From the NCBI RefSeq assembly GCF_003024685.1, contig NZ_PYLQ01000005.1, positions 109,817 through 133,816 of the forward strand: DNA of 24,000 nt, read 5' to 3'. This document shows positions 1-9,794 of the stretch, in pieces. The stretch comes from Faecalibacillus intestinalis (GTDB lineage: Bacteria > Bacillota_I > Bacilli_A > Erysipelotrichales > Coprobacillaceae). The position numbers were made by a program, and so were the translations under genes. A model generated the notes under the pieces. That model did no database searches. It worked only from the letters and a program-made list of their open reading frames with translations, and had not been told where the DNA came from. Positions within the stretch are counted from its first letter, which is position 1; the number at the start of each line of letters is the position of its first letter.

Positions 1-719
<719 letters not shown>

Positions 720-766
720 TCATTTCATAATTTGAAAAAATAAGAATTATATTTAATTTTTTTAAT

Positions 767-1720
767 CTATGATTTAAAATATTCTTCTATCTCTTTTTCT
801 TCATCTTCAGGAATTTCTAAAAATTGAATTGCTTCTTTAAATGTCATTTGCAATTTTGTCATCATTTTTCTTACATATTCTATATTCTTTCTAATTCTCT
901 CTTTTTGTGTCCCTTTTTTTGTCCCTTTTTCCAACGCTTCTAATTCGATAACTTCTCCTAAATTACACATATCTCTCATCCTTTCTTCAAATTCTTCATC
1001 ATCCAAGCCATATCCTTTTATTACTTCATTCTTTTCTTGATAATTCAATGTATTATTCAATAATGCGCCTATAGGCATTAGTATTTCATCATAGCTTTCA
1101 TACTTATCATTAGGACTATGTCCTTTGCTTAAGTATATCATAAGTTGTTCTTCTTTATCATAATTTTCTATTTTTTCTTCATAATTTACACTTAAATGAT
1201 TTTCTGCTATTTTGAGTTGATTGATACAGCCATCTTTACTCTTTGTAGCTTGTGGCATGATCCAAAATGAATACACTTTTTTCATTCCATCATAATTTTC
1301 ACTATCATATTCTCTTCCCCATTGACTGGAAATCATTCTTGAGCTATAAGCGATGCTTCTTGTGACAAGATGATATCCTGGACTTGTCTTGTTTTGAATT
1401 TCAATATTAATGTAGACTCTTTTGGTTGATTGATCTAGCTGTGGTAAATCGATATAGAAATAAATATCATAGCACATCAATCCTTCATCTTTGATAAAAG
1501 CTTCTTTATCCATTAAATGAAAATGAGGATTGACGATTTTATCACCAATACGGACTCCTTTAATTAGCTTTTTTATTTCATCTAATGAAAGATGTTTGGC
1601 TTCTTCAACAAAACAAGAAATGATTCTAGAAAGCATATAAGGATGTCCTATCAGCATTTTACAATACTGATCGTACATGATTGTTTTATTAGAGCTTGTT
1701 ATAAGATTTAATTGTTGCAT
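767..1720 (-). CDS. PD-(D/E)XK nuclease family transposase / Rpn-like protein
   Basis: 317-aa ORF with a D...INIEIQNKTSPGYHLVTRSIAYSSRM core (PD-(D/E)XK variant with IEIQ) and a charged C-terminus ending in KEATFKEAIQFLEIPEDEE-type sequence, typical of Rpn/PDDEXK-transposase family proteins. Confidence 0.7.
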   Translation of the reverse strand: MQQLNLITSSNKTIMYDQYCKMLIGHPYMLSRIISCFVEEAKHLSLDEIKKLIKGVRIGDKIVNPHFHLMDKEAFIKDEGLMCYDIYFYIDLPQLDQSTKRVYINIEIQNKTSPGYHLVTRSIAYSSRMISSQWGREYDSENYDGMKKVYSFWIMPQATKSKDGCINQLKIAENHLSVNYEEKIENYDKEEQLMIYLSKGHSPNDKYESYDEILMPIGALLNNTLNYQEKNEVIKGYGLDDEEFEERMRDMCNLGEVIELEALEKGTKKGTQKERIRKNIEYVRKMMTKLQMTFKEAIQFLEIPEDEEKEIEEYFKS

Positions 1721-1840
1721 AAGTAGTTCCTCCTGCTATATATATCGTTTATTTTTTTACTTTTTTCTTCTTTTTTTGTTAAAAAAATAAAAAACTTGGA
1801 AATTTCATTCCAATAATCTACTTAATATTCTCATTTTGAC

Positions 1841-1869
1841 AAAAAAAGAAGAATCAAAACGATTCTTCT
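1841..1869 (-). terminator. Rho-independent terminator of the 3-hydroxyacyl-CoA dehydrogenase gene
   Basis: Perfect 9-bp inverted repeat AGAAGAATC-aaaac-GATTCTTCT (1847-1869), followed on the minus strand by T7 (A7 at 1841-1847 on plus). Overlaps the stop codon. Confidence 0.8.
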
Positions 1870-2812
1870 AATATTTATAGAAACCTTCTCCTGAAGACAT
1901 ACCAAGTTTTCCTTCATCAATATATTTCTTTAACATCTTAGCCATACCTTTAAAATTATAAGGAGCTAAAAATGATGGAACCTTCAAATACATAGAAACA
2001 ATATTATATGCAGTTGTAAGTCCTACTGTATCTAATATTTGGAAAGGTCCTTTAGGAGCACCTGTACCAAGTGTCCAAGCTTTATCAATACTTTCAGGAT
2101 CACTTATACCATTTACATAAAGATCCATTCCTGAAAATAATAAAGGAACAAGCATAGAATTTAATAAATATCCTGATTTTTCTTTACGCACTGGTAAAGG
2201 AATCATACGTATTTCTTTAGCAAAATCCATAATCAAATCAAAATATTTTTGATCCGTTTGTTTTTGTGCCATGACTTCTGTCATATTATTTTTCCAAATA
2301 CTATTTGCAAAATGTAATGATAAATATTTTTCTGGACGTTTTGTATATTTAGCGAACTTCGATGGTAATAATGTAGATGAATTCGTAACGATAACTGTCT
2401 TTTCAGGTAATAAATCTGCCATTTTTTTATAAATATCTATTTTTTGTTCTACATTTTCAGCCATTGATTCAATAATTAAATCGGCATCACTGACTGCTTT
2501 TTGTAAATCTAATTCTAATTTAATATTTTCATAGGCCTTATTAGCTTTTTCTAAACATTGTTCTTTATCAAAATCTTCATAATCACTAATACCCATGGCC
2601 CAATTTTGAGGTGTCTTTCCTTTATCGCTATCCATTAAAGTAATCGTAGCATGATAAACCTCTTTTAAATGATCTAATTTAGGCTGACATCTTCCTATAC
2701 TTCCTTCACTTCTAAGCCAAATCGTTACATCAAAACCACAATAAGCTGCTTGATAAGCAATTTGACTTCCTAAAACGCCTCCACCAATAACAACAACATT
2801 TTTAATTTCCAT
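1868..2812 (-). CDS. 3-hydroxyacyl-CoA dehydrogenase family protein
   Basis: N-terminal Rossmann fold VVVIGGGVLGSQIAYQAAYCGFDVTIW and DLIIESMAENVEQKIDIYKKM...TNSSTLLPSKFA...FANSIWKNNMTEVM, characteristic of 3HCDH. Confidence 0.88.
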   Translation of the reverse strand: MEIKNVVVIGGGVLGSQIAYQAAYCGFDVTIWLRSEGSIGRCQPKLDHLKEVYHATITLMDSDKGKTPQNWAMGISDYEDFDKEQCLEKANKAYENIKLELDLQKAVSDADLIIESMAENVEQKIDIYKKMADLLPEKTVIVTNSSTLLPSKFAKYTKRPEKYLSLHFANSIWKNNMTEVMAQKQTDQKYFDLIMDFAKEIRMIPLPVRKEKSGYLLNSMLVPLLFSGMDLYVNGISDPESIDKAWTLGTGAPKGPFQILDTVGLTTAYNIVSMYLKVPSFLAPYNFKGMAKMLKKYIDEGKLGMSSGEGFYKY

Positions 2813-2893
2813 AGATTCATCCTCCTACCTTTATTTTATCATTTTGTTAAATTATTCACAAAAGATTTTTTACTTTTAGTTTGAACTACATAT

Positions 2894-2920
2894 AAAAAAG
2901 AACCCTATTTCTAGGATTCC
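2894..2920 (-). terminator. Rho-independent terminator of the YhgE gene
   Basis: Minus-strand GGAATCCTA-gaaa-TAGGGTTC hairpin (one G-U pair) followed by T6. Confidence 0.7.
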
Positions 2921-2926
2921 TTTATA

Positions 2927-5521
2927 CTATTCAGCTTTTGTTGAATTTACTTCTTCAAACATTTGAGGAATTGCATGTTTATCTTCTTTGTTTTTATATT
3001 TGAAGTAAACAACTGTTAATAATGAACATACTATTAAGATTCCTGCAAATACTGCAATTTCAACTGAAATTGAAGGAGCTGTCATACTAATTGTTTTTCT
3101 AAATCCATCTACACTATAAGTATATGGTACAAATTTATGAATAGCTTTGTAGATAGCTGGACCTGTATCTAATGGATAAGTACCAGCTGAACCACCTAAG
3201 TTAACAATCATGAATACAAGTAATAAGAAGTCACCAATAAATCCAGTTGTTAAACTTAACAACATAACGAGTGACATAAATGCCGCTGATACGAGAATTG
3301 CAAGTAAGTATGTTAAACCTAAATTAACAGGTTCAAATCCATTAATTAATCTTAAAGCAGTAACCATTACGATAGCTGCTAATGTAGAAACTGTATACAT
3401 AACAGTTGCTTTACTTGCCCAATATTTCCATGCATTTTCAGCTTTTTTAATACCATGTCTAATTGGATACATTAAAGCAAATGCTAAGCATGTTACATAT
3501 AAACCAACTGACATCATATAAGGAGCCATTGCATGACCGTTATTTTCAACTTTAGAAATTTCTTTATGACTTGTTTCAACAGGAGTAGCTACCATATCAG
3601 TAGTTTTATCTGTTGAATCAATCTTACTTTCTTCTGCACCAGATTTTAATGCACCATTTAAAGTAGTTACACCATCAGCTGCACTCTTAATTCCATCACC
3701 TAAAGTATCAGAACCAGCAGCCAACTTACTAGCACCATCACTAATTTGACCAGCACCATCAGATAATTGATTAGCACCATTCATTAATGTAGCATTATTA
3801 CTTACTAATGTTGAAGTACCTGTAGCCAATTGATCAACACCACTTGTTAAAGCTGTAATTCCTTTAGTTAATTCAGGAACATTACTGTTTAATTTTGAAG
3901 TACCATCAGCTAAAGCAGTAGCACCACTTGTTAAAGCTGTATTGTTATCAGCAATTTGTGTTAAACCTTTTTGTAAACTATCCACACCAGCTGTATAAGC
4001 TTGAACACCTGCAACTAAAGCATCTTTAGAATCAACAGTTACTTGTTTAATATTTCCATCATTGTCAACAGTTACATATTTACCACCATTAACTTTTGCA
4101 TTCACTTCATTTAATCCAGCTTGGACTGTTTGAGTTCCACTTACTAATCCTGTAGGAACTTTTGTACCATCTGTTAAAGTTCCACCATTAAGAGCTGCAT
4201 CTAAATCATTTAAACTTGATTTAGTTGAACTAGATAATGTATTAATTGCTGTAGATGCACCTGTTGTATAAGTAGCAACCGAATCCATATATGAAGCTAC
4301 ACCGTCTTTATATTTATCTACAGGGAAATATTTTGTTAAACCATAAGCATCGATTTCTGCTCTTGACATTCCACTAGTTAATAATTTACTAGCAATTCCT
4401 TGTTTTTTAGCATCACCACTTGCATTTAATGTTTTAATTAATGTAGCATAATTATCTAATGATGTTTTTCCATCAGATAATTGAGTCAATGAATCTTGAC
4501 TTGCTGCCATAGTTTTTTTGGAAGTTTCAAGATTTTCTTGTAATTTTTTTACACCATCAACTACTTGTTGATTTCCTACAACTAATTTTTCAGCACCTTC
4601 ACCTAATGCTTTAACACCTGCATTTAATGCTGTGTTATTTTCAACCAATTGATTCGCACCAGCTAATGCTTGACTTACACCTGCTGTATAATCACTAACA
4701 CCTTTATTTAATGCTTGAGCGCCAGTATTTAAATCACTTACACCACTAGCTAATGTAGGAGTAGCACTACCTAAAGTACCAACACCTGTTTTTAATTGGT
4801 AAATACCATTATTTACTGTAACGACACCATTTGTGTAATCTTTTAAACCTTTAGTTAAAGTATTTGTACCATCTTTAAATGTTAAAGAACTACTTGCTAA
4901 TACTTTTAAGTTATCACTAATTGTTTTGTTACCATCTTCTAATTGAGTCATACCATCAGATAATTGTTGAGTACCATCGCTGGCTTCAGCAAATCCATCT
5001 GACATTGTTCCAATTGAAGTAAAGATTGTTTCAGCATATGTTTTTGTTACTGAAGCTGAAACTTCAGCTTTAATTTTTGCGATTGCTGAATCATCCATTT
5101 TTGATGCAACATAGTTTGTACCTGGATTTGTTGTATAATTTAAAACCATCTTTTTAGGATTTTTATCCAACAAAGTTGTTGCATTCTTTGAAAAATTACT
5201 TGGAATTGTAATGACCATATAATAGTCACCATCTTTTAGACCCTTATTTGCTTCTTTTGAATTTACAAAATGGAAATCTAATGAATCGTTGTCTTTTAAT
5301 TTTTTGACTAATTGATCACCAACGTCTAATTTCTTATCGTTGTATTCAACTGCCTTATCTTTATTCACGACAGCGACAGGAAGATCTCCACTGTTACCAT
5401 ATGGATCCCACATAGATCCAAGGAAGACAACAGTGTAAATACTAGGAATAAGAATAAGAGCAACTAAAACAATTTGAATCCAATGATTTTTTAAAATGTT
5501 TTTCCACTCTTGCTTAATCAT
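2927..5521 (-). CDS. YhgE/Pip (phage infection protein)-family membrane protein
   Basis: N-terminal TM segment plus VAVVNKDKAVEYNDKKLDVGDQLVKKL, long L-x-x-G-x-x-x-L/DGAxxLxxG repeat region, and C-terminal multi-TM domain, typical of YhgE/Pip. Confidence 0.9.
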   Translation of the reverse strand: MIKQEWKNILKNHWIQIVLVALILIPSIYTVVFLGSMWDPYGNSGDLPVAVVNKDKAVEYNDKKLDVGDQLVKKLKDNDSLDFHFVNSKEANKGLKDGDYYMVITIPSNFSKNATTLLDKNPKKMVLNYTTNPGTNYVASKMDDSAIAKIKAEVSASVTKTYAETIFTSIGTMSDGFAEASDGTQQLSDGMTQLEDGNKTISDNLKVLASSSLTFKDGTNTLTKGLKDYTNGVVTVNNGIYQLKTGVGTLGSATPTLASGVSDLNTGAQALNKGVSDYTAGVSQALAGANQLVENNTALNAGVKALGEGAEKLVVGNQQVVDGVKKLQENLETSKKTMAASQDSLTQLSDGKTSLDNYATLIKTLNASGDAKKQGIASKLLTSGMSRAEIDAYGLTKYFPVDKYKDGVASYMDSVATYTTGASTAINTLSSSTKSSLNDLDAALNGGTLTDGTKVPTGLVSGTQTVQAGLNEVNAKVNGGKYVTVDNDGNIKQVTVDSKDALVAGVQAYTAGVDSLQKGLTQIADNNTALTSGATALADGTSKLNSNVPELTKGITALTSGVDQLATGTSTLVSNNATLMNGANQLSDGAGQISDGASKLAAGSDTLGDGIKSAADGVTTLNGALKSGAEESKIDSTDKTTDMVATPVETSHKEISKVENNGHAMAPYMMSVGLYVTCLAFALMYPIRHGIKKAENAWKYWASKATVMYTVSTLAAIVMVTALRLINGFEPVNLGLTYLLAILVSAAFMSLVMLLSLTTGFIGDFLLLVFMIVNLGGSAGTYPLDTGPAIYKAIHKFVPYTYSVDGFRKTISMTAPSISVEIAVFAGILIVCSLLTVVYFKYKNKEDKHAIPQMFEEVNSTKAE

Positions 5522-5542
5522 AAATATCCTTCTTTCTATCTT

Positions 5543-5582
5543 CTATAGACATTTTACATCCATAGATATATAATGTCTATAG
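5543..5582. promoter_or_regulatory. Candidate Rrf2-type operator (long inverted repeat)
   Basis: Perfect 10-bp inverted repeat CTATAGACAT (5543-5552) / ATGTCTATAG (5573-5582) separated by 20 nt, in the yhgE/Rrf2 divergent intergenic region. Confidence 0.6.
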
Positions 5583-5585
5583 AGT

Positions 5586-5613
5586 ATTATAATTTTTTCA
5601 ATATATTTGTCAA
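5586..5613 (-). promoter_or_regulatory. Sigma-A-like promoter for yhgE
   Basis: Minus strand TTGACA (5613-5608), 16-nt spacer, TATAAT (5591-5586). The predicted start would be just upstream of or within the inverted repeat. Confidence 0.7.
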
Positions 5614-5671
5614 TATTCTTACATACAAAATATAAAAAATTAGCTATAATAAAAAAAGGGAAGGGATTACA

Positions 5672-6103
5672 ATGAGAATAAGAAAAAGTTTTGAACAAGC
5701 AATTTGTATTTTATTACTTATTGGAACAAGTGAAGGGCCATTAAAAAGTCATGAACTTAGTAAAAAGCTAGATGTTTCTGATTCATATTTAAAGAAAGTA
5801 ACAAGACAATTGGTCGTTGCTGGTCTTATTACTTCTAAGGCAAGTAAATTAGGTGGTTTTATTTTAAATAAAAAAATGAATGATATATCATTTTTAGATA
5901 TTTTTGAAGCAATTGAAGGCAAGGAAACTTTTATTGAAACAACGCATCTTGTTGATAAAGTCTTTGATCCTGCTTTAAATATACATCATACCGAAGATAT
6001 CATTATGAATCATTTAAATGCTGCAGAGAATCAATACAAACAAAAGCTCAAAGAAATCAATCTTGGTGAGATTACAAATTATGTTCATCAAAATTCTATT
6101 TAA
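5672..6103 (+). CDS. Rrf2 family transcriptional regulator
   Basis: 143 aa: MRIRKSFEQAICILLLIG...LKSHELSKKLDVSDSYLKKVTRQLVVAGLITSKASKLGGFILNKKMNDISFLDIFEAIEG, the Rrf2 wHTH pattern. No Cys cluster for an Fe-S site. Start preceded by GGAAGGGA RBS. Confidence 0.88.
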   Translation: MRIRKSFEQAICILLLIGTSEGPLKSHELSKKLDVSDSYLKKVTRQLVVAGLITSKASKLGGFILNKKMNDISFLDIFEAIEGKETFIETTHLVDKVFDPALNIHHTEDIIMNHLNAAENQYKQKLKEINLGEITNYVHQNSI

Positions 6104-6131
6104 AAACAGGTTCAATTAGAACCTGTTTTTT
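6103..6131. terminator. Bidirectional terminator between convergent Rrf2 gene and EAL pseudogene
   Basis: Perfect 11-bp inverted repeat AAAACAGGTTC-aatta-GAACCTGTTTT (6103-6129) plus T-run on plus strand. Confidence 0.9.
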
Positions 6132-8141
6132 AGTTTGAAATTAATTTTTTAAAATCATTTTTAATAAGTGGTTTTGAAAAATAAAATCCTTGTATAAAAT
6201 CACAACCATGCTCTTTTAGAAAATCTAGTTGTTCTTTTGTTTCGACCCCTTCAGCAACAACCTTCATTTCTAAACGATGAATCATTTCAATTAATGAAGC
6301 AAGAATACTATCATTACTTTGGCTATAACCGATATTACGCACAAATCCCATATCAATTTTAATAATATCAAATTCAAAATCACGAATTGTACTTAATGAT
6401 GAAACACCACTACCAAAATCATCCATCAAAATCATATTTCCTCTTTGATGCAATGTTGATAAAAAATCATTCGCATTTACTGATAATGAAGAATAAGCTG
6501 ATTCTGTTACTTCATAATTAATATGTTGGTTTCTTTCATTTTCTAAAATAAGATTCATAATGTTTTGGTTCATTAAATCCATTCTTGATAAATTCATAGA
6601 AATCTTAATAGGTATATCTTGACATTCCTTTTCCAAAAACTCTTGAACACTTTGATAAACATATGTATCTAATATAGTGATATATCCACTTTCTTCCAAA
6701 GCAGGAATAAACTTACTTGGTAGAATCACTCCATTTGTTGGTGAATGCCATCTTACAAGGGCTTCGGCCGAAACAATTTTTTCTGTTTGAGCATCATAGA
6801 TTGGTTGATAATAAACTTGAAATTCTTTGTTTTTGATTGCTTCATCTAATTGAATAAGTGACATACTTCTTTCTTCATGGTCACTTTTCATTTTTTCATT
6901 ATAAACAGCATATGGTTTTAAATAACGATTAGAAATATAATTTTTAGCAAGTTTAGCACGATCACACATATCTGAAATATTAAGTGTTGTTTCGTGCGGA
7001 ATAAGATAAATACCACATCTTCCATAAATATCCAGTGTAATTGATTCATAATGATATGTAAAATGTAAATACTTTATCAGTTTTTCATAATCTAAGTTTC
7101 GTTTATTAATTAATAATGTAAATTGATCAGCAACCATTCTTGCAACTAAAATAGGTTTTAAAAATGAATTTTGTAATTGAACAACTAAATCATTTAAAAT
7201 CATATCTCCTATTTCATACCCATATAAATCATTAATAATTTTAAAATCAACAAGATTTAAATACATAATCGCAAATTCCTGTTGTGTATTTCTTTTAATA
7301 ATTTCATTTGTTCTTCTAAAAAAGCCTTCTCTTGTATAAGTTTCTGTAACAGAATCTATTTCTAATTCTCTTGTCATATCATCAACAACACAAAGCATAA
7401 TTTCTTTTTTTGATCAAACCAATAATATGAATAATGTACTACTTTATTTTCTAAATCAAAAACTTTAAAGGAATAATATCCTAAATATTTCATATTCTCT
7501 TCTAAGTTTTTTAATGATGTATTTTTAATAAATTGTTTTCTATATTTAGGAGCTATTTGATTTTGAGTAACTAAATCAATAACTTTTTGATAATCAATAT
7601 AATTGTTTTCTTTTATTTCTTTTGTTGCATGATTTAATCTTAAATAAACATTTTGATGTAATATATCAATGAGTGCAATTGCTTGATAATCATTTTTATA
7701 AAGTACATTTTTTATTTGTTCATCTATATATTCTTCTGTATTATTACGCCAAAACATATATGCTTGTATATGATTATTAATTGGATTTTTAAAAACATGA
7801 ACATTTAATTTACAATGTTGAATACATTGATTCCATAAAAAATAATGTTGGATACATTGATATGCTTGATTTGATTGATATTGTTTCAGTAAATGACTTC
7901 TTTGTAAAATATCTTGTAATTCATTAACTTCATCTATGTAAGGAATATGTTGATAAATATGTGTTTTTAACCAACTGTCATATTTGATTTTTTGATCATC
8001 AAAAAAGATTAAATTTAAATTTTGATCAACTTTAGCTAACATTGTATTATCTGTTAAATCAATACATATACCATATGCAACACTTTCTTTCTAAATTAAA
8101 AAATGAATTTGTTCTTGATAAAATTGTAATAACCTATCCAT
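6130..8141 (-). pseudogene. Degenerate-GGDEF/EAL (c-di-GMP phosphodiesterase-like) gene interrupted by in-frame TAG and a -1 frameshift
   Basis: ORFs 6130..7398 and 7374..8042 are pieces of one gene. Start ATG at 8141-8139 gives MDRLLQFYQEQIHFLI*KESVAYGICIDLTDNTMLAKVDQN...; the TAG is at 8093-8091, in frame with the 7374..8042 ORF. A -1 shift at A_AAA_AAG (7410-7404) joins ...YYWFDQKKEIMLCVVDDMTRELEIDSVTETYTREGFF. C-terminal EAL domain has SAEALVRW, SMNLS, YEVTES, MDDFGSG, IIKID and VVAEGVET; the GGDEF signature is degenerate (MVADQF). Confidence 0.8.
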
Positions 8142-8261
8142 CAGATTTTTGTACTACTTAAAAAAATAACTCTTGTCTATACTTAATTATAGACCTTATT
8201 AAAAAAAATACAAATGCACTACAAATTAAATAATAAATCTAATAAAATTTCTTTTTAAAAC

Positions 8262-8291
8262 AAAAGGATAGAAAATTAACTCTCTATCCTT
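8262..8291 (-). terminator. Rho-independent terminator downstream of the Gfo/Idh/MocA pseudogene
   Basis: 9-bp inverted repeat AAGGATAGA (8264-8272) / TCTATCCTT (8283-8291); minus-strand exit is T-rich (TTTTGTTTT). Confidence 0.6.
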
Positions 8292-8302
8292 ATAAATTTT
8301 CT

Positions 8303-9255
8303 TTAATCATTTGGAAAAATAACTCGAGCATCTATTCTTGCCTTTGTTTGGACATCGCATACAGCAATACTCTTTTCTAACTGTTCATAACAATAATTTA
8401 AATCATTACTATTAATTGCTCGAATAAATTCTTTAAATTCTGGTATTAATCTTTCCAGCTATTATCAAATTTTTCTTCAATTCCATCATTTAAATGAAGA
8501 ATAACTTCACCAACTATATTAGGTGGTAATGTTGATTTAATATACCCTTTTGTACCTTGAATCATACCACCATACATACCATGACTATCCTTTACCCCAA
8601 CGCAACAAGCAATAAATGATGGATATTTTAAAACTAAAAGTCCACTTGTATCAATATTTTTTCGATGTTACTATAATATTTTGCTTCTACCAGTTTACCA
8701 AATAATCCCATTACATAATGCAAATTATAAAGACTCAAATCCATTAAAGTACCACCTACTTTTAATAAATCTTGACGAGTTTGGTAAATATCATCTACAA
8801 GGAGTGAAAAATGAGAATAACCAATTCTTTGATTAAAAGCAACATGTTACCTTCTTAGCTTTGAAAAAATTCTATAAACTGATTAGGCGCTAATTAAATA
8901 TAAATAATGGTTATCTTTTCTAGTTTCTAGATTAATTTCAGCAAGTTCTTTCATTCTTATAGAAGAAGGAATTGAAGTTTTTCACGTAAATCTGCTTTCC
9001 CTTTTAATAATGAGTTTTTTGACTAATGATGATCCCAGTTATACCATATAGCAATTATGCATACACAATTCATCATACAATCATCAAACATAAAATCATA
9101 GCCATCATAAACTTTAACATGAGATTTATCTTAAAAAGTTCACTTTTCCATTTATAAGTGCAGCAGTTGTATAAAGTTGATCTTCTTTACAATAAAATAA
9201 TTCTTTTATAAAACGACAATCTACATTAACAGTATCCAATAATTCCTCATTTTAT
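8303..9255 (-). pseudogene. Gfo/Idh/MocA family oxidoreductase, multiply frameshifted remnant
   Basis: No intact ORF. Minus-strand segments in alternating frames read KVYDGYDFMFDD, SLLKGK, MKELAEINLETRKDNHYLYLI, GGTLMDLSLYNLHYVMGLFGKLVEAKYYSNI, IDTSGLLVLKYPSFIACCVGVKD, GMIQGTKGYIKSTLPPNIV, FKEFIRAINSNDLNYCYEQLEKSIAVCDVQTKARIDA. Confidence 0.75.
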
Positions 9256-9341
9256 AAAAACAAAACCATTAAAAGAATTATACCAAACAATAAAAATGAA
9301 TAATAATGAGAAAATTTAGTTGGTATAATTCTTTAACCCTT

Positions 9342-9791
9342 CTATTTTTGTTTTTCTTCAATCTCTTTTAACATATCAATACGTACTTGATGTCTTCCAC
9401 CTTCGTATTCACCTGATAACCATGCATCAACAATCATTTTTGCAAGTTCAATTCCAACAACTCTTGCTCCAAAAGCTAACATATTTGTATTGTTATGTTG
9501 TCTTGATAGAAGTGCACTATAAGGTTCACTACAAGTTACACAACGAATACCATTGACCTTATTAGCTGCTAATGAAATTCCTACACCTGTTCCACAAATA
9601 ACAATCCCTTTATCAACTTCTCCACTGACAACTGCATTTGCTACCGCTTCACCAGATATAGGATAATTAAATCTTTCTGTGCTATCAGTTCCATAGTTAA
9701 TTACTTCATAGCCATATTTTTCTTCGATATATTTTTTGATTTCTTTTTTGTATTCTACTGCTACATGATCATTTCCGATTCCAATTTTCAT
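9342..9791 (-). CDS. rpiB: RpiB/LacA/LacB family sugar-phosphate isomerase (ribose-5-P / allose-6-P isomerase-like)
   Basis: 149 aa: MKIGIGNDHVAVEYKKEIKKYIEEKYGYEVINYGTDS...DKGIVICGTGVGISLAANKVNGIRCVTCSEPYSALLSRQHNNTNMLAFGARVVG, canonical RpiB motifs. Confidence 0.93.
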   Translation of the reverse strand: MKIGIGNDHVAVEYKKEIKKYIEEKYGYEVINYGTDSTERFNYPISGEAVANAVVSGEVDKGIVICGTGVGISLAANKVNGIRCVTCSEPYSALLSRQHNNTNMLAFGARVVGIELAKMIVDAWLSGEYEGGRHQVRIDMLKEIEEKQK

Positions 9792-9794
9792 TTT

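Noticed and set aside
3210-3521. Plus-strand ORF (103 aa)
   Set aside because: Antisense to the conserved C-terminal membrane domain of YhgE; no recognisable domain. Likely a chance ORF.
3600-5050. Repetitive Ala/Gly/Leu-coding region as a possible CRISPR or minisatellite
   Set aside because: Repeats are degenerate protein-level heptad patterns inside a coding sequence, with no constant spacers or exact DNA repeat unit.
7374-8042. 222-aa ORF as an independent hypothetical gene
   Set aside because: No RBS at its Met; sequence continues in frame upstream (past a TAG) and joins the GGDEF-EAL ORF after a -1 shift, so treated as part of one disrupted gene.
8042-9341. Long ORF-poor stretch as a possible novel ncRNA or retron-like locus
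   Set aside because: Mostly explained by the 5' end of the disrupted EAL gene and the frameshifted Gfo/Idh/MocA remnant; no retron or structured RNA signature recognised.
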